Assembly (NCBI GenBank): GCA_963831235.1
Contig: CAWHPS010000035.1
Span: 121,896 to 185,895, forward strand
Source of the DNA: an uncultured Fibrobacterota bacterium
GTDB lineage: Bacteria > Fibrobacterota > OXYB2-FULL-49-7 > JAEUSG01
DNA: 64,000 nt
Direction of reading: 5' to 3'
The translations under genes were made by a program, and so were the position numbers. The notes beneath the pieces are model-generated. The model saw only the letters and a list, made by a program, of their open reading frames with translations, was not told where the DNA came from and searched no databases. Below are positions 27,651 to 38,581 of this stretch, piece by piece (the first letter of the stretch is position 1; each line of letters opens with the position of its first letter).

Positions 27651-29019
27651 TCAGCCTATCCATCTTAAAAAATAAAACCATATTAATCCAAAAAGGAAAA
27701 CCAGGACACAAAGTGGCAGTAATGTTTTATATATGCCGCTAAAAGTTGAGCCTGTAAAATAATCTTTTGTCAAAACCAGACACATATGAATAGGGGAGGC
27801 CATCATGCCGACATATCCTGATACATAGGCTAATGAAATCCATGCAGCATAATGATGTTTATCGCTTACAAGGCTTACTACCAAAGGAAATGAGGCACCT
27901 ACAAATCCAAGTGCCACTGCGAGGAACCATTCCTGATATAAAAGGGAGGAGTATTACAACCGGCAAAAGAGGAATGTTGAAAGACTGGAATTCAATATTC
28001 ATTTTGTCGATAGCCCCGCATAGGGCAAGTATTTTTTTGTATGCCATGATGCCTATAACAAGCAATATCAATGTCAGGATTTTTTTATTGAATATTGCTT
28101 GAGAAACCTCTTTAAGATTGAATTTATCCCTTATAATTAAAAATATAATGGAAAGACCGAGGCCAATAAACATGGGCAGGTATTTTATCATTTCATTATT
28201 TTTAAAAAGCCCTTTTGTCCAAATAGATTCAGTGAAGCTCAATAGAAACATAAAGAACAATATTATGAATATGGGCATTGCATTATTTAGAAAAACAATC
28301 AGGTTCTTTTGAAAAACATTTTGATTAACAGACGGGGCAGGGATGTGATGAGGAAGTCTTCGGAGAATCAGGAAATATCCTAATACAAGGGCGATTATTG
28401 TAAAAATAATCTGCATGGGTATATAAACTCCTGGCAAAAGCCCGCTTATCGATAAAGCCATTATTACACCAGGATACATTGGCCACCAGAATTCCCAGAT
28501 ATGCCTGAACCAATAATTAACAAGGGTTTTTTGATCAGGTGTAAGGTTTGTTTCTTTTGTTAATTGGCCTATCATTGGCGCGGAAAAATAAGCGCCGCCT
28601 GGCATGGGTAAAAGGCCGATAAGCGCTGGAAGGGCAACCATTGATACTTTGATATTTTTAACCATGCATGCAAAGCTTTCAACCATTCTGCGTGATGTGC
28701 CTCGTTGCTCCATGAGTTGATTAAGAAAAAGAATCAGTGAAACAAGGGCAATGAGCATCAGGGTCATGGGTTCACCAAGACTTTTCAGCATCGCAAAGAG
28801 TGTAGATAAAGCCTTCATTTTAAAAGAAAGGCCAAGTAAAAATGTACCAATTATAATTGAAATGCCCAAATCCAATTTGAAACGATTGAGCATTACAATA
28901 AAGGTAAAAATTCCAAATACTTTTATTACAGAAGGAATTTCCCACATAGTTTTTATAAAATAGTTTAAAGAGGCTATAGGATTAAAGAGTGCTGCGGTAA
29001 ACGGGTGCAGGACACTCAC
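27651..29019 (-). CDS. Polytopic membrane protein of unknown function (about 10-12 TM), apparently frameshifted between ORFs 27859..29019 and 27651..27917
   Basis: Both ORFs are strongly hydrophobic and overlap in different frames. The 386-aa ORF ends in an unnatural tail (…GTWICRCLISFGSKPCKR), and the 88-aa ORF continues the membrane topology. This indicates either a real pseudogene or an indel sequencing error. Confidence 0.45.
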
Positions 29020-29072
29020 TTATCCCCAGTTTTGAATTGTCATAGACGGAAAAGCTTTAGCATTCTAATTAA

Positions 29073-29126
29073 CCCTCACCCCTTTTTCCCCTCTCCCGTG
29101 AGCGGGAGAGGGGCCAGGGGTGAGGG
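29073..29126. repeat. CCCTCTCCC/GGGAGAGGG hairpin repeat family, copy P1 (nested palindrome)
   Basis: The sequence CCCTCACCCC-tttttc-CCCTCTCCCG-tgag-CGGGAGAGGG-ccag-GGGTGAGGG gives an 11-bp inner stem with a 4-nt loop nested inside a 10-bp outer stem. Confidence 0.7.
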
Positions 29127-29217
29127 CCATAAAGGAATGACCAAATATATTAATACATTAACAAAGGCCAAAACTGGGGAGCTCTGAGTGCAGGACAAAA
29201 TTTGCAAACACGAACAA

Positions 29218-29278
29218 CCCTCACTCCCCATCCCCCTCTCCCATTTGACAATTAAATATATAGAGGGGAGAGGGGGTG
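29218..29278. repeat. CCCTCTCCC hairpin repeat family, copy P2
   Basis: CCCTCACTCCCCATCCCCCTCTCCC-(22-nt AT-rich loop atttgacaattaaatatatagag)-GGGAGAGGGGGTGA. It is homologous to P4 in the opposite orientation. Confidence 0.65.
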
Positions 29279-29390
29279 AAAAGAAAATTAAGATATCAAA
29301 GTAATACATTAATTGTCTGATTTCATCCGACAATGCTGTTGACTTAAAATTGACGGATGCTAAATTATGGAGGAAGTTGGGCTTTTTTCG

Positions 29391-29514
29391 GGTGACCCAC
29401 CCCTTCTTTCCCCTCCCTACGAGTAGGGAGGGGAACAAAACGTACCGGGGAATAAAAATGTATAAACCCCTTCCTTACTCGTAGGGAAGGGGGAAAGGGG
29501 GATGGGTCACCCAC
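29391..29514. repeat. CCCTCCC hairpin repeat family, copy P3: composite element of two inverted about 43-bp hairpin units
   Basis: Unit 1 is GTGACCCACCCCTTCTTTCCCCTCCCTAcgagTAGGGAGGGG. Unit 2 is its imperfect reverse complement, CCCCTTCCTTActcgTAGGGAAGGGGGAAAGGGGGATGGGTCAC. A 34-bp spacer separates them. Confidence 0.65.
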
Positions 29515-29613
29515 AAGAGTGCACAATTATTCTGTCATATCTTGTCTATTTATCGTATGTAACCCGAATTTGAAATTAGGAATAAATGCTGCTGATAGAA
29601 ACTGATAGGAAAT

Positions 29614-30348
29614 TTATGTTTTAGCAAATAATCCGTATTTGATAATGCAGTATATTGCCTTGAACCCATCTTTCCAGTTGATTTTCTTGCCTTCTTCGTA
29701 GGTTCTACCATGATAGGATATTCCGACCTCATAAATACGGCATCTCATCTTTGCTATTTTGGCTGTTATTTCGGGCTCAAACCCGAATCGTTTTTCCTGC
29801 AGACGGATACGCTGCAATATTTCCTTGCGGAAAACCTTGTAACCGGTTTCCATGTCAGTAAGATTGACATTATTCAACATGTTTGAAAGAAGCGTAAGAA
29901 AGCTGTTGCCTACGTAATGCCAGAAATAAAGCACCCTGCGCGCTGAATCCGTTACAAAGCGCGACCCATAAACAACATCAGCCTTTTTTTCAAGAATGGG
30001 CTTTATAAGCCGTTCATATTCATTTGGATCATATTCAAGATCAGCGTCCTGGATAATTATTAAATCACCGGTAGCAGCTTTTACACCCGCTTCAACAGCC
30101 GCACCTTTACCCTGGTTAGGGTTTTGATGGATGATTTTAACATTGTTCATAGGACGGCCGTTAAGTATGGCAAAGGTCTTGTCTGTTGATCCGTCATCGA
30201 TAACAATTATTTCCTTGTCCATGCCGAAAACTGGTGCTTTAAGAACACGGTCAAGTATAATTGCTATGGTTGCTTCTTCGTTATAGCATGGAATCAGGAT
30301 GGAAAGTTTCTGCATACTGGTTAAAATATTTGTTTTATCCAATGGCAT
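29614..30348 (-). CDS. Glycosyltransferase family 2 (polyprenol-phosphate hexosyltransferase, DPM1/ArnC-like)
   Basis: The 244-aa ORF has the GT2 motif LSILIPCYNEEATI...IIVIDDGSTDKT, a DAD motif and a QNPNQGKG motif. Confidence 0.85.
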   Translation of the reverse strand: MPLDKTNILTSMQKLSILIPCYNEEATIAIILDRVLKAPVFGMDKEIIVIDDGSTDKTFAILNGRPMNNVKIIHQNPNQGKGAAVEAGVKAATGDLIIIQDADLEYDPNEYERLIKPILEKKADVVYGSRFVTDSARRVLYFWHYVGNSFLTLLSNMLNNVNLTDMETGYKVFRKEILQRIRLQEKRFGFEPEITAKIAKMRCRIYEVGISYHGRTYEEGKKINWKDGFKAIYCIIKYGLFAKT

Positions 30349-30418
30349 TCAATGTTTTTACATTTTACTTTTAAAAACTTGAAGGAATATTCTATTTTTG
30401 TGAATAACAAAAACATAA

Positions 30419-31390
<972 letters not shown>

Positions 31391-31518
31391 AATTTCAAGA
31401 TATAAGCAATCTTTTTTATTAAAAAAGTAAGAAGGTAAATCCAACAAAGAAATATAATGCTTCATAATGTTTTTTCACCATAGACAATGTAATAATGTTT
31501 TTGAAAGATAAATAATAT

Positions 31519-32268
31519 ATGAAGCTATTGTCTGAATATCCTGGTTCATCTATGAGCATGGTAGCTAGCGATGTGCTTCGGGGTTTGATTCGGACTGTTA
31601 TTTATAACAGTAAAATTACCCATGTTCTTGAAAGTGGAACTTTCGAGGGGCTGGGTTCAACCTCATTCGTTGCAAATTCTTTTCCTAAAAATGCTCTCCC
31701 CCTTTTTTTTATTACTATTGAAGCGAATTGGAGTAGTTGGCGCAGGGCAAAAACAAATCTTTTTTCATATCCTTTTGTAAATACACTTTGGGGTCGTTCT
31801 GTTTCAAAAACAAAGGCCTTGGCGCATATTAAAACAGATCCTATTCTTCGTAACCATCAGAAAATTAAAAATGTTTTCATAGATGACATTATTAATCCTA
31901 TTGCATTTTATCAGAATGAGATTAAAGGTAGACTTGGAAAGAAAATCTCTTTAACACAACGACTGACCTGGTTTAAAGACAAGATTTTTAATTATTCTGG
32001 TGACAACTTACTTGTAAAAAACCTACGAAAGATTAAAACCTTCAATCCACTTATTGTTTTGGATTCTTCAGGAGGAATTGGTTTTCTAGAATTCTCGATT
32101 GTTCAGCAGGAAATGCAGCTATTCCCATATTTTTTACTTCTTGATGACATCAATCATATCAAACATTTTCGCAGTCTTGATTTTATTCGCCAAGATTCTT
32201 CTTTTGAATTGCTTGGTTTAAGTGATGAAGAGGGTTGGCTATTTGCAAAACATAATCCTAAACATTGA
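31519..32268 (+). CDS. Putative class I SAM-dependent methyltransferase (CmcI/Methyltransf_24-like) in LPS cluster
   Basis: Motif I-like VLESGTFEGLGST and a later acidic motif are present. The assignment is tentative. Confidence 0.4.
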   Translation: MKLLSEYPGSSMSMVASDVLRGLIRTVIYNSKITHVLESGTFEGLGSTSFVANSFPKNALPLFFITIEANWSSWRRAKTNLFSYPFVNTLWGRSVSKTKALAHIKTDPILRNHQKIKNVFIDDIINPIAFYQNEIKGRLGKKISLTQRLTWFKDKIFNYSGDNLLVKNLRKIKTFNPLIVLDSSGGIGFLEFSIVQQEMQLFPYFLLLDDINHIKHFRSLDFIRQDSSFELLGLSDEEGWLFAKHNPKH

Positions 32269-32407
32269 TTATATGCATTGGTTGACGGATTATAAGATAT
32301 TTGGTCACAAATTTCAAAACAGAAAGAAGATTTCTGTTATTCTATGGGTTATTTTATTTCATTTTAAAGTTTTTCTTCAATTAAAGCCTACAATAAAACA
32401 AAATACA

Positions 32408-32578
32408 ATGCTTTTAGTGCGGCTTGACCTTATTGGTGACTATATTTTATTCCGAAACTTCATCGAAATAATTAGGAAAAGTCAAAAATACAGTAACTAT
32501 AGAATAGTTTTTTGTGGCAATATCATTTATCGTGATCTTGCAGAGTCATTGGAAGCTTCATTTATAGATGAATTTATT
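32408..32578 (+). pseudogene. GT9 heptosyltransferase, N-terminal fragment (gene interrupted by IS4-family element)
   Basis: MLLVRLDLIGDYILFRNF...ASFIDEFI is a GT9 N-terminal signature. The reading frame continues exactly into 33907.. once the IS and one copy of the target-site duplication are removed. Confidence 0.8.
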
Positions 32579-33906
32579 CACTGCTGTCCCAATATTACTC
32601 GAATAAATTCAATTGGTTACAGGTTTCCAAATCGCTATCCTGAACATCAATATCTGTAAGTGTTTGATTTATCGACTGTTTCTCAAAAAGTGAGACACTT
32701 AAAATTTGCAACATTGAGTAAAGACTTGCTTTTAGATTCATTCGTTTCCTTATAATCGCAATTAAGACATAAACCGAGATCGCTATCCAAATTTGAGTCC
32801 GGACGGCATTCTCGCTCGTACCATAAAAAACCTTAATACGCAAATGTTGCTTTATCCATTTGAAGAAAAGTTCTACCTGCCATCGTGCTTTGTATATTTT
32901 CGCTATAGTCAAGGCGGGTATTTCGAAATTGTTCGTTAAAAAATCGTAATGGATTCCATGCTCGATGTCTAAATAATGGATACGACGCAATTTCTCCGGA
33001 TAATTCTTTGAAGCTGTTTTTTCTGTGAGTACAATTATTTGATCGGAGATGATGCCGTTGGCATTGTCTGACGGATTCGAGTGTACCCGGCGATACTGAC
33101 TGTTCGATTTCAGGCGTGTCACAAAAAATGCGTGGGCTATAGTTATTTTGTAAAGACGTCCAAAATCCAGATAGCCACGGTCGAAGATATAATAGGCGTT
33201 GGCTTCGTAAACAAGAATGTCGAGTGCCTTTACGTCGTGTATTTTCCCCTCTGTGATCCAGATAAATGCCGGGATTGATCCACGTAGGTCCAACAGGGTG
33301 TGGAGTTTTATTGCAGCTTTTCTTTTGCGAAATTTTGCCCAAGGGAAAAGCGCAAGACATAAGTCTATGGTTGTGGAGTCGAAAGCGTAGATCATTTCTT
33401 TGATATCGAGATTCAGGTCCTCGTTGGCATATAAGGAACGTGCTGTACGGATAAGGGCTATTGCTAAATCGGAATATATCTGCCAATCTCGATTGTTGTT
33501 TGCATTCGCCAATGTGTTGCGGGAGATGGTTCCGCGTATGCCAATGTGATAAAGTTTCTTTTGAAATACTCGCAGACAATTTTCTATGTCGCGAAGACTC
33601 TCTCGGCATGTCAATTGAGCAAACGCCATGACTACCCATTGGTTGTAACAAGTAAACGACTTTACCTTGTATTCGCCTTTGTGGTTTTTGACAACTTTCG
33701 AGAATTCGTAGAGTGGAAAATGATCTAAAAGTTGCGAGAAAATAGTTCTTCCGGTATTCATCAATCGCTCCTTTACGGCAGGTAGCCGTGAAGAAACGAA
33801 TGGAAAATACTTTAAAGTTCAAATCGGAAAAAACACAAAGCATATTTATCTCTCAAATTAACAGCGTGTTACATCGATTGCCCGATCCAACGTTGGGACA
33901 GCAGTG
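32579..33906 (-). mobile_element. IS4-family insertion sequence (1328 bp) with 14-bp TIRs CACTGCTGTCCCAA / TTGGGACAGCAGTG and 9-bp TSD GAATTTATT
   Basis: The terminal inverted repeats were read at 32579-32592 and 33893-33906. The direct repeat GAATTTATT lies at 32570-32578 and 33907-33915. The element encodes one DDE_Tnp_1 transposase. Confidence 0.85.
32595..33764 (-). CDS. IS4-family DDE transposase
   Basis: The 389-aa ORF carries the typical IS4/IS5-superfamily C-terminal motif YKARWQVELFFKWIKQHLRIK. Confidence 0.85.
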   Translation of the reverse strand: MMNTGRTIFSQLLDHFPLYEFSKVVKNHKGEYKVKSFTCYNQWVVMAFAQLTCRESLRDIENCLRVFQKKLYHIGIRGTISRNTLANANNNRDWQIYSDLAIALIRTARSLYANEDLNLDIKEMIYAFDSTTIDLCLALFPWAKFRKRKAAIKLHTLLDLRGSIPAFIWITEGKIHDVKALDILVYEANAYYIFDRGYLDFGRLYKITIAHAFFVTRLKSNSQYRRVHSNPSDNANGIISDQIIVLTEKTASKNYPEKLRRIHYLDIEHGIHYDFLTNNFEIPALTIAKIYKARWQVELFFKWIKQHLRIKVFYGTSENAVRTQIWIAISVYVLIAIIRKRMNLKASLYSMLQILSVSLFEKQSINQTLTDIDVQDSDLETCNQLNLFE

Positions 33907-34791
33907 GAATTTATTTGGATCGATCGGGATCGATTTATTGTGGATTTAATTTATAATTATAGGATTTTGTTTGAATTATATAGGAGAGGCTTCGCAATTG
34001 CAGTGCAACCTACTTTTTCCCGTGAAATTTTTGGAGATGCATTAATACAAGCTTCTCAAGCCAGAGAAAGAATCGGAAACGACGGTGATGAGACCAATAT
34101 GCAATTGTCACATAAACAAATAATGAATCAAGTTTATACTAGCCTGTTTTTCACCAAAATAAATAAAACTGTCTTTGAATTTGAAAGAAACCGTGAATTT
34201 TTTTCATGGTTTCTTGATACTCCTATTTCGATTATAGCTGCGTCGCTACCGTCATGTCCCTTCCCAGCAGGCTCATTGCTTTCCAATAAGAAACCTTATG
34301 TGGTAGTTGTTCCTGGTGCAAGTCATTATGAAAGACAATGGCCTGGTTTTCAATCAGTTCTGCAACATTTGCATAATAATTATAATCTAGAAATTATTTT
34401 AGTTGGAACTAAGAAAGAGAGAGAGCTCTGTTCTTTATTTGAAGTTGGTGCGGGGTTTACCTTACAGAATCTTGCGGGTAAAACTTCCCTTTGGGAAATG
34501 GTAATGATTATCAATCATGCTCAGCTTCTTGTGGGAAATGATTCCGCTGCAATTCATATAGCGGCAGCATCTGGTATCTCCGCTGTTTGCGTTTCAAATT
34601 GTAACCATTTTCTTAGATTTCATCCCTACCCTAATAAAAAGAAAATAATTCATATTTATCCATCGGAGATTGATTGGAAAGAATATATTCCATCTCAAAT
34701 AGCAGAAAAATGTAATCCTACTTCTCCATTTAGCATAAACAAAATTGAACCTTCCGATGTCTGTAATGCCATTGATAATTTGTTAATATAA
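33907..34791 (+). pseudogene. GT9 heptosyltransferase, C-terminal fragment (continuation of 32408..32578)
   Basis: The fragment has the GT9 C-terminal motifs PYVVVVPGASHYERQWP...LVGNDSAAIHIAAASGI. The reconstructed intact gene would encode about 352 aa. Confidence 0.8.
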
Positions 34792-34966
34792 TCATTTTTT
34801 CCATTTCTGGATATGATACTTCGCAAATCTGAATCATTCCGTCAAACGATTCTGTCTGATGCACTGAAAAAAGTGAATACGATCTCATAAACTGCGGGCA
34901 GGTTCTTCCACAATAACACTTTGCTAATATAGGCCGTTATACAATGGAAAATTCTGATTTCCCGAT

Positions 34967-37252
34967 TTAAATTGATGTCGCATTTCTTATGACCAATGTA
35001 AAACCGTTGCCAACTTTATCATCGACATCCTGAACTTCGATTATTTTTAGTCCTAGATAACGAATTAGTTCTATAATATCTTCTGTAATCCAAACTGAAT
35101 GATGAATAGGTTCCTTTGAATCAAAACCCGTCTTATGTCTTTCTATTAATTCAGCTAGGGTCGTGCGTTCTCGTTCTTTGTCGAAGGTTCGGTCTTTATG
35201 TGGAATGATCATGAAAATATATCCATTAGGGCGTATTACTCTACACCATTCTTTTAGTGAACGTATTGGATCCGGGAAATGCTCCAAAACATGTGAACTG
35301 AGAACAAAATCAAATGAAGCATTCATAAATGGAAGTTGATCGCCACGTGCTACGATATCAACCGGAAGTATTGTACCACACATTTCTAGTTCTTTATCTT
35401 TGAAATTGGTATACGTTGCACAGTAATCAATATTCAAAGTATTGAGACCGAATGGATTATGCGCGGATCCGCCAATTTCGATTCCATGTAGCCCATTAAG
35501 GTAATTATGTGCTAAAAAACTTTCCTTAAATATGTTTGGTGAGGGTTTTGAATCATTCATCAATCGCATTAAACCAGTTTTTAAATAAAGGTTTTTCCAC
35601 AGTTGTCTTAAAAAGCGATATCGTCCAGATCTGTTTTGTTCATATATTTCATGATAGTGTTTTTTAATATATTCCAGAGCGTGGTAGGGATGGTGAAATA
35701 AAGACTTTTGGCTTTTCCGGTATTTTCTAATAGTTTCATTATAGTATCCAGTTTCCACATTCTTTTTCCTGAGTAAGTCTTTCCATTCCCTGTATTCTTT
35801 ATGAAGCATTTCTTCTATCCCATCTTTGGCTTCAAGTGTTTTGGGATCGATAATTGATGCCCTACCAGCAGGAAGATGGTAGCCAATAGCTTCATCCGCC
35901 ATATAAGCATTTTTCTTTCCGGAAAAAAGTATTCGCCAACCATAATCACCATCTTCTTCTCCATATAATCCATATTTTTCTGACCAGTAGCCGAGTCGTT
36001 TTCTTGTGCGAAGTGGTATAAGAACGCAAGCTCCTCCAAGAGTTCCCTGATCTTTTATTCGAATATTACAGCCGTTAATTCGTGTTTCTGGATAACTAAC
36101 AGGTTCAAAGCTATATCCAATCATTCCTAATTTTTTAACTTTTTTTATGGTATTAACCATGTTTTGCAGCCATTGATGTTTCTGAATAATGATATCGTTA
36201 TCAATTTTTAAGTAATAACCTGCATTTGGCTCTAGCAACCATGCTATGTTGGATGCTTTTGCAACACCAATATTGCTTTGCAGTAAAATTAGATTCTTTA
36301 TTATGCCTTTTCCATTAAGATCTAGAAGATACTCTTGGGTTCCATCATTACTGTTATTGTCAACTACTGTTAAAACATAAGGATAATCCGTATATCGCAA
36401 AAGTGAATCAATTGATTGTTTGGTAAAATTCAGTCGATTAAAGGTTATCATTCCAATATTTACATATTCTTTAGGGCTACATGGTTTTTTATAGTAAATT
36501 TCCTCATAATGAAAAGAAATTGGAGGGGGGTATTTATCGGCAAAAGCTATTTTAATACGATTTGTTTCCACATGCGATAACTTCAAATTGCTGTTTGCAA
36601 TTCCCGAACTATTATGAAGGTATAGCCCTAAAAACAAAGGAATATGTTTCATGGGAAAGTGTGTGCCAATTCTACACCAGAATTCATAATCGCCTGCGGA
36701 ACGATATGACTCATTAAAGTAACCTATAATATCATGTATTGATTTCCGCCACATTGGCTGTGGTCCCATATGGCAACCTGCCAACATTATGGAAGGAGAA
36801 TAATCAGGACGTCTGCAATAACCGCTACGAATATGGTTTTTAAAAGTTTGATTTTCAAATGGGGTAATAAAATAATCCGTATAAACAAGAGCAATATTTT
36901 CATTGTCCTCTAATACCTGGCTCATGATTTCATATGCATCTGGTCGTAATCTGTCATCTGTGTTAGCATTGGTGATATATTTCCCCTTTGCCATTTTAAT
37001 GCCACGGTTCCATGCTTGATATAGAGTTTCGCGATTTTTAGTCCGAAGATAAACAATGTTTGGATTAGTCTTTTGGTATCTCCTCACTATTGCACCTTCA
37101 TTTTCAGGAGAAGCGCTATCGATCACTATGATTTCTAATTTACTAAACATCGTTTGATGCATTAGGTCCTTAATACACCCATCAATAAAACGTTCACTTT
37201 TAAAAGTAGATACTATTATTGAAACAAGATATGGTGCCATGTCATTTCTCAT
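34967..37252 (-). CDS. Trifunctional fusion: two GT2 glycosyltransferase domains + C-terminal class I SAM-dependent methyltransferase domain
   Basis: The 761-aa ORF has GT2-1 (VSIIVSTFKSERFI...IIVIDSASPENEG), GT2-2 (IGMITFNRLNFTKQSIDSLL...TVVDNNSNDGT), and a Methyltransf_11-like C-terminus (LNIDYCATYT...FDFVLSSHVLEHFPDPIRSLKEWCRVIRPNGYIFMIIPHKD). Confidence 0.8.
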   Translation of the reverse strand: MRNDMAPYLVSIIVSTFKSERFIDGCIKDLMHQTMFSKLEIIVIDSASPENEGAIVRRYQKTNPNIVYLRTKNRETLYQAWNRGIKMAKGKYITNANTDDRLRPDAYEIMSQVLEDNENIALVYTDYFITPFENQTFKNHIRSGYCRRPDYSPSIMLAGCHMGPQPMWRKSIHDIIGYFNESYRSAGDYEFWCRIGTHFPMKHIPLFLGLYLHNSSGIANSNLKLSHVETNRIKIAFADKYPPPISFHYEEIYYKKPCSPKEYVNIGMITFNRLNFTKQSIDSLLRYTDYPYVLTVVDNNSNDGTQEYLLDLNGKGIIKNLILLQSNIGVAKASNIAWLLEPNAGYYLKIDNDIIIQKHQWLQNMVNTIKKVKKLGMIGYSFEPVSYPETRINGCNIRIKDQGTLGGACVLIPLRTRKRLGYWSEKYGLYGEEDGDYGWRILFSGKKNAYMADEAIGYHLPAGRASIIDPKTLEAKDGIEEMLHKEYREWKDLLRKKNVETGYYNETIRKYRKSQKSLFHHPYHALEYIKKHYHEIYEQNRSGRYRFLRQLWKNLYLKTGLMRLMNDSKPSPNIFKESFLAHNYLNGLHGIEIGGSAHNPFGLNTLNIDYCATYTNFKDKELEMCGTILPVDIVARGDQLPFMNASFDFVLSSHVLEHFPDPIRSLKEWCRVIRPNGYIFMIIPHKDRTFDKERERTTLAELIERHKTGFDSKEPIHHSVWITEDIIELIRYLGLKIIEVQDVDDKVGNGFTLVIRNATSI

Positions 37253-37270
37253 TTGGATATTTAAAAGTTA

Positions 37271-38404
37271 TTATACAATTTTCAAATTTCCCTGTTTAAT
37301 AAAAGCCTTTAATTTGGGAGCATTTATTTCTGCAGTATATTTTTTTCTGACAGTATCTAATCCTGCCATACCAATACGACGACGAAGGTCTGGATTTTCA
37401 ATTAATTGAGCAATACAAATTTTAAAATCATCGATACTTGATGCAAGCATAATATTTTCATTATGAATCCAGTGTGTAGTGTCGAATCCAATAGGTGATG
37501 CAACTACTGGAACTCCTTGCGCTGCACATTGTATAGCCTTAAATTGCATTTTCCCCTGAGTCCAAGGAGAATCATTCAAAGGGGCTAATGCAATACTCAT
37601 TTCTTGTATTCTTTCCTGGTAAGTATCTAATGACCAAGGAAGCAGTCTTACCTTATCATCGGGGAATTTCCAATGATTGCTTGTAATTATATGTAAATAT
37701 ACATTAGAATGGTTTTTAACAATTGTCTGTATAGCAGGATATATTTGCATAAGATATTTTTGATTTTCAGGTGCACCTATCCATCCTATTATAACTTCAT
37801 CCTTTTCCTTGTACAGGCATAAAAATTGATTATCTATCTTAACAGAAGTTGGAATAATAACCGTATTCGTATTATAGCGGATAGCCCATGATTTTAAATA
37901 TTCATTTGAAACAATGACTCCGGAACAATGCTTAATAAAATTAATAATTTTATTTTCCATAACTTCATCTTTTTCATCTTCTTTCCATTCTTTCTTTTGA
38001 TCTGGTATAGGTTTTTTTAAATAAATTGCATCATCAAAGTCAAAAAACACTCTTTTCCTTAAAACTCTTTGAAATAAAAATTGGATTCGATTTGGGAAAG
38101 AACGTTGATAAATAATACTATCTGCTCTAAAAGTATTTAACAATGTATTTAAAAAATGATAAAATGCATAAACAAACCTTCCAATTTCAGTGATGAATGA
38201 AGATAATATTCGTGAAAGGATTCTATTGTGAATTACTAGAAATATATTTTCGCTTGTTTTATTTCTGAAAGATCGATAAGAAAATCGTTTAATTTGGAAT
38301 AGATTTTTTATACTATTTTTTTTAAGTTCTTTATTATATATATAAACTCGATGTCGAGTTGGAGCATTGTCCCAATCTCCTTCAGTTATCCAAAAGATCT
38401 TCAT
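37271..38404 (-). CDS. Glycosyltransferase family 1 (GT4-like)
   Basis: The 377-aa ORF has the C-terminal GT1 motif (…VASPIGFDTTHWIHNENIMLA...). Confidence 0.75.
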   Translation of the reverse strand: MKIFWITEGDWDNAPTRHRVYIYNKELKKNSIKNLFQIKRFSYRSFRNKTSENIFLVIHNRILSRILSSFITEIGRFVYAFYHFLNTLLNTFRADSIIYQRSFPNRIQFLFQRVLRKRVFFDFDDAIYLKKPIPDQKKEWKEDEKDEVMENKIINFIKHCSGVIVSNEYLKSWAIRYNTNTVIIPTSVKIDNQFLCLYKEKDEVIIGWIGAPENQKYLMQIYPAIQTIVKNHSNVYLHIITSNHWKFPDDKVRLLPWSLDTYQERIQEMSIALAPLNDSPWTQGKMQFKAIQCAAQGVPVVASPIGFDTTHWIHNENIMLASSIDDFKICIAQLIENPDLRRRIGMAGLDTVRKKYTAEINAPKLKAFIKQGNLKIV

Positions 38405-38581
38405 ACATTTAACCTTTTTTCTAAGACCTGAATGGTATAAAATTCTATATTTTTATTTTATACTTTCAATTATAATAGAATAGTTTGTGGGTTAATAATT
38501 CTTGAGGTTAAGATAGTGCTTTTTTGTTTTCAATGGCAAGTTTGATTTTAGAATTAAATTTTACAGATCACTATATTTAAA

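Noticed and set aside
29020-29613. A possible CRISPR array, suggested by clustered repeats in a 600-bp intergenic region.
   Set aside because: The repeats are palindromic hairpins of differing length and sequence (P1-P3), not identical direct repeats separated by uniform spacers. No cas genes are nearby.
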